A stretch of DNA of 64,000 nucleotides from Pseudolabrys sp. (GTDB lineage: Bacteria > Pseudomonadota > Alphaproteobacteria > Rhizobiales > Xanthobacteraceae): contig DATJYA010000358.1 in the NCBI GenBank assembly GCA_035499835.1, forward strand, positions 170 to 64,169. Direction: 5' to 3'. Shown in pieces: positions 1 to 10,933 of the stretch. The position numbers and the translations under genes are program-made. The notes under the pieces were generated by a model. The model made no database searches. It was not told the origin of the DNA and worked only from the letters and a program-made list of their open reading frames with translations. Position 1 is the first letter of the stretch; every line of letters starts with the position of its first letter.

Positions 1-2267
1 TCCGGCTCGAGCGCCTTGCGCAACGCGTGGATCTTGGTGGCGATGTCGCCAGAGGTCGCGGAAATCACGGCGAACGCGACCTTCCCGTCTTTCGGCACCG
101 CCCAGACGAAGCTCGCGTCGCGGCCGAAATAGAACGACAGGAACGCCTCATCCGGCCTCAGCACCGCCTTGATCTCGTCGACCGAAGGCGCCTTCGGCGA
201 GATCAGGTTGGCATAGTTGGGAAACCGCTTGGCGATGTCGGCGCGCAGCTTGTCGCGCTCGCTGCGCAGATTGCCGATCGCGACACTCAGCGCTTTCACG
301 CCGTTCTCGTCGCGCTGGCCGGCCGGCAGCGCCAAGGCATTGTTGAGCGTGCCGAGCTGCGCGTTCACCTGCTTGCTCAGATCCTGTTCCTGGCGCACGA
401 GTTCAGCGAGCGCCGGATCCCTGATTTGCGCGCGCGCGCTCGACGCCGCCAGCGCCTGCTGCACCGAATGGCCGCGAATGGCATCCGCCAGGGCAAAACT
501 CTGCACCGCGGCGCTGTCATCCCCGTTTGCCGCCTGCATGCGATTGAGCAGCGTGATGTAGGATTCGACGAAGCTTTGCAGCCGGTCGCTGCGCATGGCC
601 ACCGCCGCGGAATTGTCGTCGTCGGACGTCTCCCGCGCCCCGGCCATCAAGATCGGAATTGCGGCCCGGAATTCGCGGGCAGCGTCGTCGTCGCGATGCA
701 GCTTGGCATAGCCGAAAGCAAGGTTGGCACGCGCATTGGCGGCGTCGTAGCTGTTGTCGCCGAGGCGGGCGACTTCACGCTTGACCAGGGCCTCGGCGGC
801 GGCGACGCCGCGGTCGAATTGGCCTGCGGCATAATATGAATTGATACGCGAGCCGTTGAGGTCCAGCGCCTCCCGCGACTTCTGATCCCAATTCGCCGTC
901 GCCTTGTCGATTTCGGCGTAGACCGCAATGGCCTGTTTTCGCTGGTGTTGAAGGTTGAGGATCAGCGCCAGGGTCGACAATTCACGAACGATTGTCGGCG
1001 AATCGTCGGCAACGCCGACCGCGCGATTGATTTCGATCGCAACGCGCGTCAGCTTTTCGGCTTCGGCATAGCGGCCTTGCTGAACGAGGATGTTTGCGAG
1101 ACCGCCAACATAGATGGTCGTCGTCAGGTTATATTTGCCTTGATCCTTGAGGACGGCGAGCAACGCGCGGCGCGCGTCGGCTTCCGCTTCGGCAAGACGG
1201 CCCTGATTTGCCTCCACGCGCGCCATGGCGATGACCATGCGAATGGCGGATTGGCGGATCTGCGATTCGGACGGCGGGTCCGGCGAGGCCAGAATGCCCT
1301 TGATCGAGCCGAGCCTGCGTTGCTCGGCCAGGCGATACGATTTTTCGGCCTCCTGATACTGCCCCCGCGCCTCGAAAATAATGGCGCGGTGATATTCGAT
1401 ATCCGCTTCAAAAGACTGGCCTTTGATCGCATAGCTGGTTCGCCAGCCCGGCAGCCCGCTGGTCCGGGCCTCCTGAATTAAAGCGAGGTTGCGCTTGAGA
1501 TAAGCTTCCGCCTGCGCCAGGTCGCCGGCCTGGATCAGAAACTTCGAGATTTCCCGATAAGCGCCAAACAGGTAGCCCTTGGCTCCTGCTGTGTTGGTGT
1601 CGCGAATTTGATTCTGGAAAATCTCGAGGGCGCGCTTGGGATTTCCCGAAGCCGAATATTGCAGCCCGGCGAACTGCTCGATGCGCCCCAAAAGGTGGGC
1701 ATCGCCCGCGGCACGGCCGTTCTCCAATGCTTTTTCGGCATCGGCGAGCGCACCCTTGAGCTGGCCAAGCCTCGAGCGCGCACTACCACGCGCGTAATAA
1801 AAGCGCGCCAGTTCGAGACGAGAGGCCTTGGCCGGTTCAGCGGCATCGGCTTCGGCTCGCAGTGCGGCGATCTTCTCCGGGTCCGGTTTCTCGCTGTCGA
1901 GAATAGCCGTGATGTCGGTGATGGTCCGTGGCGGCGCAACGAAGACGGTCGGCAGATCGGCGGCCTCCTTGGCGACCTCCTCGCTCGGGCCCTGTTCCTT
2001 GGGCGCCTCGACCGCAATGTTGGCGCGGCCATTGGCGGCGTTGAGCGCAGCGACGACACAAGCGCGCACTTTCGGCGTCGCCAGTTCCCGGCATTTTTCG
2101 CGGTCGCCGTGGCGGCCCTCCATGCAGGACTGAACGAAGGCGCGGCCAACGGTGGCGCGGCAATTCTCGCGCGCCTGATCTTGAGTCAAGGCCAAGGCCG
2201 GCAACGCTATGACGCAGGCAATAACACTCGCCAGCCCGGCAGCACCGAATTTTACTGGATCATTCAT
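1..2267 (-). CDS. Secreted TPR-repeat protein, probable CHAT (caspase-like) domain protein; runs off the left edge
   Basis: Not in the ORF track because it is open at the edge. Manual translation from ATG 2267 gives MNDPVKFGAAGLASVIACVIALPALA (signal peptide), a 4-Cys mini-domain and TPR-like helices (GQYQEAEKSYRLA, QGRYAEAEKLTRVA). It ends in FPNYANLISPKAPSVDEIKAVLRPDEAFLSFYFGRDASFVWAV, typical of the region preceding a CHAT domain. Catalytic His/Cys would lie outside the window. Confidence 0.75.
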   Translation of the reverse strand, partial: MNDPVKFGAAGLASVIACVIALPALALTQDQARENCRATVGRAFVQSCMEGRHGDREKCRELATPKVRACVVAALNAANGRANIAVEAPKEQGPSEEVAKEAADLPTVFVAPPRTITDITAILDSEKPDPEKIAALRAEADAAEPAKASRLELARFYYARGSARSRLGQLKGALADAEKALENGRAAGDAHLLGRIEQFAGLQYSASGNPKRALEIFQNQIRDTNTAGAKGYLFGAYREISKFLIQAGDLAQAEAYLKRNLALIQEARTSGLPGWRTSYAIKGQSFEADIEYHRAIIFEARGQYQEAEKSYRLAEQRRLGSIKGILASPDPPSESQIRQSAIRMVIAMARVEANQGRLAEAEADARRALLAVLKDQGKYNLTTTIYVGGLANILVQQGRYAEAEKLTRVAIEINRAVGVADDSPTIVRELSTLALILNLQHQRKQAIAVYAEIDKATANWDQKSREALDLNGSRINSYYAAGQFDRGVAAAEALVKREVARLGDNSYDAANARANLAFGYAKLHRDDDAAREFRAAIPILMAGARETSDDDNSAAVAMRSDRLQSFVESYITLLNRMQAANGDDSAAVQSFALADAIRGHSVQQALAASSARAQIRDPALAELVRQEQDLSKQVNAQLGTLNNALALPAGQRDENGVKALSVAIGNLRSERDKLRADIAKRFPNYANLISPKAPSVDEIKAVLRPDEAFLSFYFGRDASFVWAVPKDGKVAFAVISATSGDIATKIHALRKALEP

Positions 2268-2483
2268 GGCGCATTTGCCTCTGGTGCGATGCGCGGCCAG
2301 TCAAATCACATATTACCAAGCCGGCGCCTGGCGGGGAATGGCGTCGTTGGCGCCTTGCCCCAGGTTCCACGGCAATAGGGCCGGTTCCCGAAAAATTGGC
2401 CATTTTTGGCTTTTACCGCCGCCATATTTCTCGGCTAATCTTTCATTTCGGGGTGTTGTCTAGGGGTAGTGGGGGTCCTGGTC

Positions 2484-4160
2484 ATGCGTCGCCGCAGTAT
2501 CGTGCGCGCGTTTGGCGCTGCGTTGCTTTCCATGGCAGTTGCCGGCTGCTCCTTCTTTCCCTCGGACTATTACGGCACCAGGGCGGTCGAATATAACCGC
2601 GAAGCCGAGGACGCTACGCTCGCGGCGATGCTGCTCAACATCGTTCGCGCCAGCCAGCGCCGGCCGATGCAATTCACCAGCCTGCAGTCCGTGACCGGAA
2701 CCGCCAGCGCGAGCGGCAGCATTAGCGGCGGCGAGACCAACGCGCATTCGACGCCGCTCTACAATCTGCCGACGGCGGCCACTTCGATCGTGCAGCGCGT
2801 GGTTACGGGCACCGGCAGCGGCACCGCCAGCATCAGCGGCGGACCCAACTTCACCGTGCCTGTGCTCGATACCCAGGAATTCTACCAGGGCATTCTCACG
2901 CCGGTCCCGCTCTCGGTCATCGATTTTTATCTGCAGGAGGGCTTTCCGCCCGAGCTGCTGGCCGACCTGTTTATCTTGAGTATTGAGGTCACGCGCATCG
3001 ACGAGCGCGGCAATTGCGAACGGTTCGTCTTTAGAAACGATGTCTCGGACGACCTCCAGTTCGGCCAGTTTCAGGCCATGGTGGACTATCTTATGGTGTC
3101 CGGATTCATTGCCGAGCGCATCAACAAGACGACGGCTTACGGTCCGGCGATTCCGCCACCGCGCGCAGCCGACTCAGCGCGCGCGGTCGATGCCTTCGCG
3201 CACGCGGCGCAGGCGGGGCTCGACGTGAAAAAAGACAGGACAGGCAAGGTCACCCTGGAAAAGAAATCGAGCGAGTTGCGCACCTGTTTCCTGTACAAGG
3301 GCGGCGATTACCCGGCGTGGCTCGCCGCCAGGGACAAAACAATTTTTTGTGGACATTTTTCACCTGCAGCCAGGGCAGGAGAAGAAAAGCCCGCCGGTCT
3401 CGCGTGCAGGCCACGAGCGAAGATCGCCAGCCACGCGACGGCGCCAAAGCCGGGCGGGACGGCCAAGCCGACAGAAGCGGCGAAGCCCGAGTCAGGCGCG
3501 GCGGAGCCCACAGCGTCCGCGAACCCGCTCACCTCGGACCGCCAGGGCGTTTCCAGCGAAGGCCAATCGGAGTTTCGCGGAATTGCGATGGCACAGCCGG
3601 TTCTGGATCGAATCAAGGCGGTGCAAATTCAAGCGATCGAAAAGAACGGGGCTGATAACATTGAGTCAGGCGCGCTGTTTCCGGTTCAGGCGTTCGAGGG
3701 CGCGCACATCAGCATGAAATTCCAGACCCGTTCGACCGAGGGCATTCTTTATTACCTCGGCGAGATCGTTCGACGCAGGAACTCGCCGGAATACGGCGGA
3801 CAGCCACGGACGATCCAGACCAAGAGCGGGCTCCACTACGGGGCTTATCCCATGGAGGACTGCAACGGCGATGGAGAAGTCAGAGCTATCAGGCCTCTCA
3901 GCAACAAGCAGCCTTATATTCATGACTCACAAATCGCGATCTCATGCGATAATATCTTCGTCATCAACGAAGGACCGGGCTTGGGCGATAGTGTCGTCTC
4001 CGTCCTGTATAACGGGGTCGTCTATTCGATCCCCCACAGCCGGGAAGTCGGCGGCCGCAGCTCGCAGGTCACCGAACTGGTCAAGCAAATCCTCAATTTG
4101 AACACGTCGGCCAAGCAGCTGCCGCAGACCACGGTGATCTCCGTCGTCGGCGGCCAATAG
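2484..4160 (+). CDS. Hypothetical lipoprotein
   Basis: Long ORF. MRRRSIVRAFGAALLSMAVAGC has basic residues, an h-region and an AVAG-C lipobox. Confidence 0.75.
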   Translation: MRRRSIVRAFGAALLSMAVAGCSFFPSDYYGTRAVEYNREAEDATLAAMLLNIVRASQRRPMQFTSLQSVTGTASASGSISGGETNAHSTPLYNLPTAATSIVQRVVTGTGSGTASISGGPNFTVPVLDTQEFYQGILTPVPLSVIDFYLQEGFPPELLADLFILSIEVTRIDERGNCERFVFRNDVSDDLQFGQFQAMVDYLMVSGFIAERINKTTAYGPAIPPPRAADSARAVDAFAHAAQAGLDVKKDRTGKVTLEKKSSELRTCFLYKGGDYPAWLAARDKTIFCGHFSPAARAGEEKPAGLACRPRAKIASHATAPKPGGTAKPTEAAKPESGAAEPTASANPLTSDRQGVSSEGQSEFRGIAMAQPVLDRIKAVQIQAIEKNGADNIESGALFPVQAFEGAHISMKFQTRSTEGILYYLGEIVRRRNSPEYGGQPRTIQTKSGLHYGAYPMEDCNGDGEVRAIRPLSNKQPYIHDSQIAISCDNIFVINEGPGLGDSVVSVLYNGVVYSIPHSREVGGRSSQVTELVKQILNLNTSAKQLPQTTVISVVGGQ

Positions 4161-4242
4161 GACAAGGTCGGGCCGCCCCGTTTTGATGGCGCGACGGCTT
4201 GCGATAGCATCGGCTCAGCAACAAAACGACTCGCAGGCCGCC

Positions 4243-5040
4243 ATGAAGTGCCCCTATTGCGCCGAGGAGATCAAAGACGACGCGGTCGTTTGCAAGCACT
4301 GCCAGCGCGATTTCTTCATCATCCTGCCTTTGCTCAAGACCTTGAACGACATGGGCAAGCGCATCGAGGCGCTGGAGAGCGAAATCGCCCATCCGCCGGT
4401 GCTCACCGTTTCGCCGGAGGCCCCGGTACTGGCGGCCCGCAAGACCCCGGCGGCGGCCCCCAGCGCCGTCGAGCATTTCATTCCGACCCTGTCGCCGGTT
4501 TCAGCCGTTGCCTTGTGCATCATCACGCTGGTGGTGGCGCATTTCTTCATTGTCGTGCAATACGACCTGCGCCTGCCCTATCTGCGCATCGCGCTCTTCG
4601 CGCTGCCGCTGCTGTTCGGTCTGATGTTTCGCGAGGCCGGGCAGCGGGAGCTGCTGTGGGACTTCATCGCCGGGCTGATCGTCGCCGTCACGTCCACGCT
4701 CGCCATGCTGGTCGTCGTATCCAAGACCGACCAGGTGCCGATCATGCCCGACAGCCCCGGCGAATGGCGCGAGCTCGGCTACTACGTCGGCAGCATCGCT
4801 TTCGGCTTCTTTACCGGCTCCATCGTGCGCCAGATCATTGTCGCACTGCGCACCCCGGCCGCCGCGCACAACAGAATCGTCGCGCGTACCTCGCGCTTTA
4901 TCGCGGCGAGGGTCGCCAGCGGCGACGAGTCCGATCTGGAAAAAAATCTCAAGCGGGTGCAGACCGCGGTTTCCTCGCTGATCGCGCTCGTTTCAGCCGT
5001 CGTGTCGATTGTCAGCGGCCTCGGCATCACCGGCCATTAG
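4243..5040 (+). CDS. Zinc-ribbon / coiled-coil membrane protein
   Basis: MKCPYCAEEIKDDAVVCKHC (CxxC-x10-CxxC), a short coiled coil and about 5 hydrophobic segments. Confidence 0.75.
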   Translation: MKCPYCAEEIKDDAVVCKHCQRDFFIILPLLKTLNDMGKRIEALESEIAHPPVLTVSPEAPVLAARKTPAAAPSAVEHFIPTLSPVSAVALCIITLVVAHFFIVVQYDLRLPYLRIALFALPLLFGLMFREAGQRELLWDFIAGLIVAVTSTLAMLVVVSKTDQVPIMPDSPGEWRELGYYVGSIAFGFFTGSIVRQIIVALRTPAAAHNRIVARTSRFIAARVASGDESDLEKNLKRVQTAVSSLIALVSAVVSIVSGLGITGH

Positions 5041-5119
5041 CACGATGCGGAAGATGATATTGAAATCACCCCGGCAGGCCGGTAAAAGGTGGCGAGGGGC
5101 GCTGTCCAGGAAAGGTGTC

Positions 5120-5578
5120 ATGCACAATTCCTCAGTGGCGGCCATCATCACGGGCTTCAGTCTGATTTGCGGCGTATCGGCCGCCTCGGCCGCGGAAATC
5201 CTGATTACGCAGGCGGAAGCGGCGCTGCCGGCCGCAAGCGAGCTTGGCGCCTTGGGCACGCGCGGCCTCACCCGCGGGCCGCGCATCGAGCAGATTTCGC
5301 CAAGCCCGAATAGCACGGGGGCGAAGTCGCCGTTCCCGCTGGAAATCCGTTTCGTCGCCCATAACGAAACAACCGTGGTCCCCGACAGCGTCAAAGTGAC
5401 CTATCTCAGGTCGCCGTCGGTCGATCTGACGCCGCGGCTCAAGACGCACATCACCGCGGCCGGCATCGACATGGGCGATGCCGAGGTGCCGCCGGGCACG
5501 CATATGATCCGCATCGACGTCCGCGACAGCGACGGACGCAGCGGCACCAGCATCATAAAATTGTCGGTCCTACCCTAG
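5120..5578 (+). CDS. Exported beta-rich hypothetical protein
   Basis: AAAGG RBS before ATG 5120, signal peptide ending ASA-A, and an Ig-like alternating pattern (GTHMIRIDVRDSDG). Confidence 0.7.
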   Translation: MHNSSVAAIITGFSLICGVSAASAAEILITQAEAALPAASELGALGTRGLTRGPRIEQISPSPNSTGAKSPFPLEIRFVAHNETTVVPDSVKVTYLRSPSVDLTPRLKTHITAAGIDMGDAEVPPGTHMIRIDVRDSDGRSGTSIIKLSVLP

Positions 5579-5731
5579 GAGCAGACGGCTTTTCCTGTTC
5601 CACCGGCGATGAACCATGCCGGCTGCGCCGGTTGTCTCCTTGTGCGCGCTTTGCGCCGTCGGCGCTTGCATCGGCCGTGCCGTTCGGCGCATGCTCGCCG
5701 CAACAGAAAAAAGCGCGCGAGGGAGCACCTG

Positions 5732-7549
5732 ATGCCGAAGACGGCGAAACAATCACCGCAATCACAGTCGCGCCGCCTGCGCTCGCAGCTCTGGTTCGAC
5801 AACCCGGAAAATCCGAGCATGACGGCGCTCTATCTCGAGCGCTATTTGAACTTCGGGCTGACCAGCAAGGAGTTGCGCTCGGGCAAGCCGATCATCGGCA
5901 TCGCGCAGACCGGCTCCGACCTTTCGCCCTGCAACCGCCATCATCTCGAGCTGGCAAAGCGCGTGCGCGAGGGCATCCGCACCGCCGGCGGCATCGCCTT
6001 CGAGTTTCCCTGCCATCCGATCCAGGAGACCGGCAAGCGGCCGACCGCGGCGCTCGACCGCAATCTTGCCTATCTCAGCCTGGTCGAGGTGCTTTATGGC
6101 TACCCGCTCGACGGCGTCGTGCTGATGACCGGCTGCGACAAGACGACGCCGGCCTGCATCATGGCGGCGGCAACGGTGAACACGCCTGCGATCGTCCTGT
6201 GCGGCGGGCCGATGCTCAACGGCTGGTGGAAAGGCGAGCGTTGCGGCTCCGGAATGGCGATCTGGCACGCGCGTGAAGAACTCGCGGCCGGCCGCATCAA
6301 CGACGAGGAATTCATGAACATTGCCGCGGCGAGCGCACCCTCGGCCGGGCATTGCAACACCATGGGCACCGCCTCGACCATGAACGCGCTGGCGGAGGCA
6401 CTCGGCATGACACTGCCCGGCTGCGCCGCGATTCCCGCGCCCTACCGCGAGCGGGGGCAGATCGCTTACGAGACCGGCGTGCGCGCCGTCGAAATCGTCA
6501 ACGAAAACCTCAAACCTTCCGACATTCTGACCCGCAAGGCCTTCGAGAATGCCATCGTCGCCAATTCGGCGATCGGCGGCTCGACCAATGCGCCAATCCA
6601 TATCAACGCCATCGCCCGCCATATCGGCGTCAAGCTCACGATCGAGGACTGGGAAAAGGTCGGCTACGACGTGCCGCTGCTGGTCAACATGCAGCCGGCC
6701 GGCAAATATCTCGGCGAGGAGTATTTCCGCGCCGGCGGCCTGCCGGCGGTGATGAACGAATTGCTGAAGGCAAAGCGCATCCACGCCGACGCCATGACCA
6801 TCAACGGCAAGACCATGGGCGACAACGTCAAGGCGGCGCAAATCGCGGACCACGACGTCATCCACAGCTACAAGCGGCCGCTGCGCAAGCGCGCCGGCTT
6901 CAAGGTGCTGTCCGGCAACCTGTTCGATTCGGCGATCATGAAGACCAGCGTGATCTCGGACGAATTCCGCGAGCGCTATCTTTCCAACAAACAGGATCCG
7001 AACGCCTTCGAGGGCCGCGCCGTGGTATTCGACGGTCCGGAGGACTATCACCACCGCATCGACGACCCCAAGCTCAAGATCGACGAGTATACGCTGCTGT
7101 TCATCCGCGGCGTCGGGCCGGTCGGCTATCCCGGCTCCTGCGAGGTGGTGAACATGCAGCCGCCCGCCGAGCTCATCAAACGCGGCATCAAGGCGCTGCC
7201 CTGCATCGGCGACGGGCGCCAATCGGGCACTTCGGGATCGCCGTCGATCCTCAACGCCTCGCCGGAAGCCGCCGTCGGCGGCGGCCTGGCGCTGCTCAAG
7301 ACCGACGACCGGGTACGCATTGACCTCAACAAGGGTACCGCGAATATCCTGGTGTCGAAGGCCGAGATGGCGCGGCGCCGGGCAGCGTTGCAGCGGCGCG
7401 GCGGCTACAAATACCCGGCAAGCCAGACGCCTTGGCAGGAAATCCAGCGCGCCATGGTCGATCAACTCGCCGACGGCATGGTGCTCAAGCCGGCCGTGAA
7501 GTTTCAACGCGTGGCACAGGAGTTCCCCGTGCCGCGCGACAATCACTGA
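5732..7549 (+). CDS. IlvD/Edd-family sugar-acid dehydratase, D-xylonate dehydratase (XylD)-like
   Basis: [50 protein letters not shown] and C-terminal RDNH closely resemble Caulobacter-type XylD. GGGAG RBS. Confidence 0.9.
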   Translation: MPKTAKQSPQSQSRRLRSQLWFDNPENPSMTALYLERYLNFGLTSKELRSGKPIIGIAQTGSDLSPCNRHHLELAKRVREGIRTAGGIAFEFPCHPIQETGKRPTAALDRNLAYLSLVEVLYGYPLDGVVLMTGCDKTTPACIMAAATVNTPAIVLCGGPMLNGWWKGERCGSGMAIWHAREELAAGRINDEEFMNIAAASAPSAGHCNTMGTASTMNALAEALGMTLPGCAAIPAPYRERGQIAYETGVRAVEIVNENLKPSDILTRKAFENAIVANSAIGGSTNAPIHINAIARHIGVKLTIEDWEKVGYDVPLLVNMQPAGKYLGEEYFRAGGLPAVMNELLKAKRIHADAMTINGKTMGDNVKAAQIADHDVIHSYKRPLRKRAGFKVLSGNLFDSAIMKTSVISDEFRERYLSNKQDPNAFEGRAVVFDGPEDYHHRIDDPKLKIDEYTLLFIRGVGPVGYPGSCEVVNMQPPAELIKRGIKALPCIGDGRQSGTSGSPSILNASPEAAVGGGLALLKTDDRVRIDLNKGTANILVSKAEMARRRAALQRRGGYKYPASQTPWQEIQRAMVDQLADGMVLKPAVKFQRVAQEFPVPRDNH

Positions 7550-7561
7550 AAGGTCGCGACG

Positions 7562-8320
7562 ATGGCCGGGCGCCTCAAAGGCAAGACAGCATTCATTACC
7601 GCGGCCGGCCAGGGCATCGGCCGCGCCATCGCCGAAGCTTTTATCGCCGAAGGCGCCGAAGTGGTGGCGACCGATCTCGACGCCGGCAAGCTCAGGGACC
7701 TGGCCAAGGCAAAGACATTTGCGCTCGACGTGCGCTCGACCGAGGCGGTCGACGCGCTGGCGCAAAAAGTCATGACGGAATTCGGCACGCCCAAGGTCGT
7801 CGCCAACTGCGCGGGCTATGTGCATCAGGGCAGCGTGCTCGATTGCTCGGAGCAGGACTGGGATTTCTCATTCGACGTCAACGTCAAATCCATGCACCGC
7901 GTGCTGCGCGCCTTCATCCCGGCGATGCTGAAGAACGGCGGCGGCTCGATCATCAATATCGCGTCGGTTGCCTCCTCGCTCCGCGGCCTCCCCAACCGCT
8001 ATGTGTACGGCGCCACCAAGGCGGCGATCATCGGCCTCACCAAGGCGGTGGCCGCCGACTTCATCCGCCAGGGCATCCGCGCCAACGCCATCTGCCCGGG
8101 CACCATCGAGTCGCCTTCGCTCGATCAGCGCATCGAGATCAACGCGAAGAAAACCGGGAAATCGCTCGACGCCGTACGCCAGGACTTCGTCGATCGCCAG
8201 CCGATCGGGCGCCTGGGAACGCCGCAGGAGATCGCCGCCGGCGCGGTGTTCCTCGCCTCCGACGAGTCGAGCTACTACACCGGGCAGACCTTCCAGATCG
8301 ACGGCGGCATGACGATCTAG
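7562..8320 (+). CDS. SDR oxidoreductase (2-keto-3-deoxy-sugar-acid dehydrogenase / BDH2-like)
   Basis: TAAGQGIG Rossmann variant, YGATK catalytic motif, NAICPGT. Confidence 0.85.
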   Translation: MAGRLKGKTAFITAAGQGIGRAIAEAFIAEGAEVVATDLDAGKLRDLAKAKTFALDVRSTEAVDALAQKVMTEFGTPKVVANCAGYVHQGSVLDCSEQDWDFSFDVNVKSMHRVLRAFIPAMLKNGGGSIINIASVASSLRGLPNRYVYGATKAAIIGLTKAVAADFIRQGIRANAICPGTIESPSLDQRIEINAKKTGKSLDAVRQDFVDRQPIGRLGTPQEIAAGAVFLASDESSYYTGQTFQIDGGMTI

Positions 8321-8468
8321 CCGGCAGACACGACTTTTCCCCGCGCACCGCGCCGATAGGGCTTGAGTTGTATGATGACATGATGAAATAATATTGGCCG
8401 CTGAAATCGGCACCCTTAAGCCGGTGCGGCGCGGATGCCGTCGGGCATCCAGGGGGAGACACAGGGAC

Positions 8469-9536
8469 ATGGCGTCGGTCGCAATTCGCGACGTGCGCAA
8501 GGCCTTCGGCGCGACCGAAGTCATCCACGGCGTCAACATCTCGATCGCGGACGGCGAATTCGTCGTTCTCGTGGGCCCTTCGGGCTGCGGCAAGTCGACC
8601 CTGCTGCGCATGATCGCGGGCCTTGAAAACATCACCGCAGGCGAAATCTCGATCGGCGACCGCGTCGTCAACAAGGTGCCGCCGAAAGAGCGCGACGTCG
8701 CCATGGTGTTCCAGAACTACGCGCTTTATCCGCACATGACGGTCGCCGCCAACATGGCCTTCTCGATGAAGCTGCGCGGCGCGCCGCCGAGCGAGATCGA
8801 CACCCGGGTCAACCGCGCCGCTGAAATTCTTGGCCTGTCGTCCCTGCTCGGACGCTTTCCGCGGCAACTGTCCGGCGGGCAGCGTCAGCGCGTCGCCATG
8901 GGCCGCGCCATCGTGCGCGACCCGCAGGTGTTCCTGTTCGACGAACCGCTGTCGAACCTGGACGCCAAGCTGCGCGTACAGATGCGCACCGAGATCAAGG
9001 AGCTGCATCAGCGCCTGAAAACGACGACCGTGTATGTCACTCACGACCAGATCGAAGCCATGACCATGGCCGACAAGATCGTCGTCATGCACGACGGCCA
9101 CGTCGAGCAGATCGGAACGCCGCTCGAACTTTACGACACGCCCGCCAACCAGTTCGTCGCGGGTTTCATCGGTTCGCCGGCCATGAACTTCCTCAAAGGC
9201 AAGGTCGAGATGAACGGCCGCGCCGGATTCGAGGGCCCGAACGGCGTCAAGCTGCCGCTGGCGTGGGCGCCGGCCGGCAGCAACGAGCGGCGCGCGATTT
9301 ACGGAATACGCCCGGAACATTTCACCATCGCCGACGAGGGGGCGGAGGCCGAGATCGTCGTGGTGGAGCCGACGGGTTCGGAGACCCAGGTTTTCGCCAA
9401 ACTCGGCGGCGAGGAAGTCGTTGCCGTGTTTCGCGAACGTCATCAATTCAAGCCGGGCGACAAGATCCGGCTCCAGCCGGACCCGCGGCTTGTGCATCTT
9501 TTCGACGAGACGACGGGTAAGCGTCTCAACAACTAG
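8469..9536 (+). CDS. CUT1 ABC transporter ATP-binding subunit (MalK/UgpC-like)
   Basis: GPSGCGKST, VFQNYALYPHM, LSGGQRQR, FDEPLSNLDAKLR and a C-terminal TOBE region. Confidence 0.95.
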   Translation: MASVAIRDVRKAFGATEVIHGVNISIADGEFVVLVGPSGCGKSTLLRMIAGLENITAGEISIGDRVVNKVPPKERDVAMVFQNYALYPHMTVAANMAFSMKLRGAPPSEIDTRVNRAAEILGLSSLLGRFPRQLSGGQRQRVAMGRAIVRDPQVFLFDEPLSNLDAKLRVQMRTEIKELHQRLKTTTVYVTHDQIEAMTMADKIVVMHDGHVEQIGTPLELYDTPANQFVAGFIGSPAMNFLKGKVEMNGRAGFEGPNGVKLPLAWAPAGSNERRAIYGIRPEHFTIADEGAEAEIVVVEPTGSETQVFAKLGGEEVVAVFRERHQFKPGDKIRLQPDPRLVHLFDETTGKRLNN

Positions 9537-9559
9537 AAATGGAAATGGAGGGACGACCA

Positions 9560-10873
9560 ATGAACCAATTCACGCGACGTGCCCTGGTCAAGGGGGGCAC
9601 GGCTCTCGGCGCGGCGGGCGCGCTTTCCGGCCCCGCGCTGCTCGACTGGGCAAAAGCCTGGGCGCAAACCGCCCAATGGAAGCCGGAAAAAGGCGCCAAG
9701 CTTTCGATGCTGCGCTGGAAATATTTCGTGCAAGCGGAAGACGACGCCTTCGTCAAGCTGATCGCCGCCTTCTCCAAGGCAACCGGAGTTCCGGTCGAAA
9801 TCTCCCGCGAATCGTACGAAGACGTGCAGCCGAAGGCTTCGGTCGCCGCCAACACCGGGACCGGGCCCGACTTGTTCTGGGGCCTTTACTCGTTGCCGCA
9901 CCTCTTCCCGCAGAAGTGCATGGACGTGACCGACGTCGCTGAATATCTCGGCAAGAAATACGGCGGCTGGGTCGAAAGCGCCGTCAAATACGGCCACAGC
10001 GGCAACAAGTGGATCTGCGTCCCCATCTGCTATTCGGGCGCGCTGATGAACTATCGCATCGAGGCGTCGAAGAAAGCCGGCTTCTCGAAATTCCCGGACA
10101 AGCTCGACTCCTTCCAGGAATACGCCAAAGCGATGAAGGCGCAAGGCACGCCCGGCGGCTTCGCGCTCGGCCACGCCTCGGGCGATGGCAACAGCTGGGT
10201 GCATTGGTGCCTGTGGTCGAACGGCGGCGAAGCCGTCGACAAGAACGACAAGGTCATCATCAATTCACCGGAGACCGCCAAGGCGCTGGAATACGCCAAG
10301 GCGCTCTACGGCAACATGATCTCCGGCACGGCCGCCTGGAATGATGCGTCCAACAATAAGGCGTTCCTGGCCGGCGAAATCAGCTGGACCAATAACGGCA
10401 TCTCGATCTACGTGGCCGCTCAAAACAGCGCCAAGCAGATTGCGGAAGACATGGACCACGCCTACTTCCCGGTCGGCGTGAGCGGCAAGCCGACCGAGTT
10501 GCACCTGATGTATCCGGTGCTGGCGATGACTTACACGAAGTATCCGCAGGCCTGTAAGGCGCTGATGGCGTTCATGCTCGAAGCCGATAACTTCAATCCA
10601 TGGATCCAGTCGGCGAAAGGCTATCTCACGCATTGCCTCAATGCGTATGACAGCAACCCGGTATGGACCGCCGATCCCAAGGCCACGCCGTTCCGTGACG
10701 TTGCCAAGCGTACTCGTACGGCGGGCGGGCTCGGCTCGGTCGGCGAGAAGGCAGCGACCGCGATTGCCGACTTCGTCATCGTCGACATGTTCGCCAACTA
10801 CTGCACCGGCCGCGAGGATGTAAAGGGTTCGATCGCGATCGCCGAGCGGCAGCTCAAGCGCATCTATCGCTGA
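9560..10873 (+). CDS. CUT1 ABC substrate-binding protein with Tat-like signal
   Basis: TRRALVK twin-arginine leader, family-1 SBP size, and position in the ABC operon. Confidence 0.9.
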   Translation: MNQFTRRALVKGGTALGAAGALSGPALLDWAKAWAQTAQWKPEKGAKLSMLRWKYFVQAEDDAFVKLIAAFSKATGVPVEISRESYEDVQPKASVAANTGTGPDLFWGLYSLPHLFPQKCMDVTDVAEYLGKKYGGWVESAVKYGHSGNKWICVPICYSGALMNYRIEASKKAGFSKFPDKLDSFQEYAKAMKAQGTPGGFALGHASGDGNSWVHWCLWSNGGEAVDKNDKVIINSPETAKALEYAKALYGNMISGTAAWNDASNNKAFLAGEISWTNNGISIYVAAQNSAKQIAEDMDHAYFPVGVSGKPTELHLMYPVLAMTYTKYPQACKALMAFMLEADNFNPWIQSAKGYLTHCLNAYDSNPVWTADPKATPFRDVAKRTRTAGGLGSVGEKAATAIADFVIVDMFANYCTGREDVKGSIAIAERQLKRIYR

Positions 10874-10880
10874 AACAGAT

Positions 10881-10905
10881 GGCCGGCGGGACCGTCCCGC
10901 CGGCC
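10881..10905 (+). other. Intercistronic stem-loop after SBP gene
   Basis: Perfect 12-bp inverted repeat GGCCGGCGGGAC-C-GTCCCGCCGGCC. Confidence 0.65.
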
Positions 10906-10933
10906 GCCTTAACGGATCAAGGTCGGTCACTGC

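Noticed and set aside
27-2378. Plus-strand ORFs in the track (27-839, 945-1481, 1608-2378)
   Set aside because: Antisense shadows of the long minus-strand TPR/CHAT gene that is open at the window edge.
8368-8390. GntR/FadR-like operator TTGTATGATGACA before the ABC ATPase
   Set aside because: Weak symmetry and no cognate regulator in the window, so too uncertain to call.
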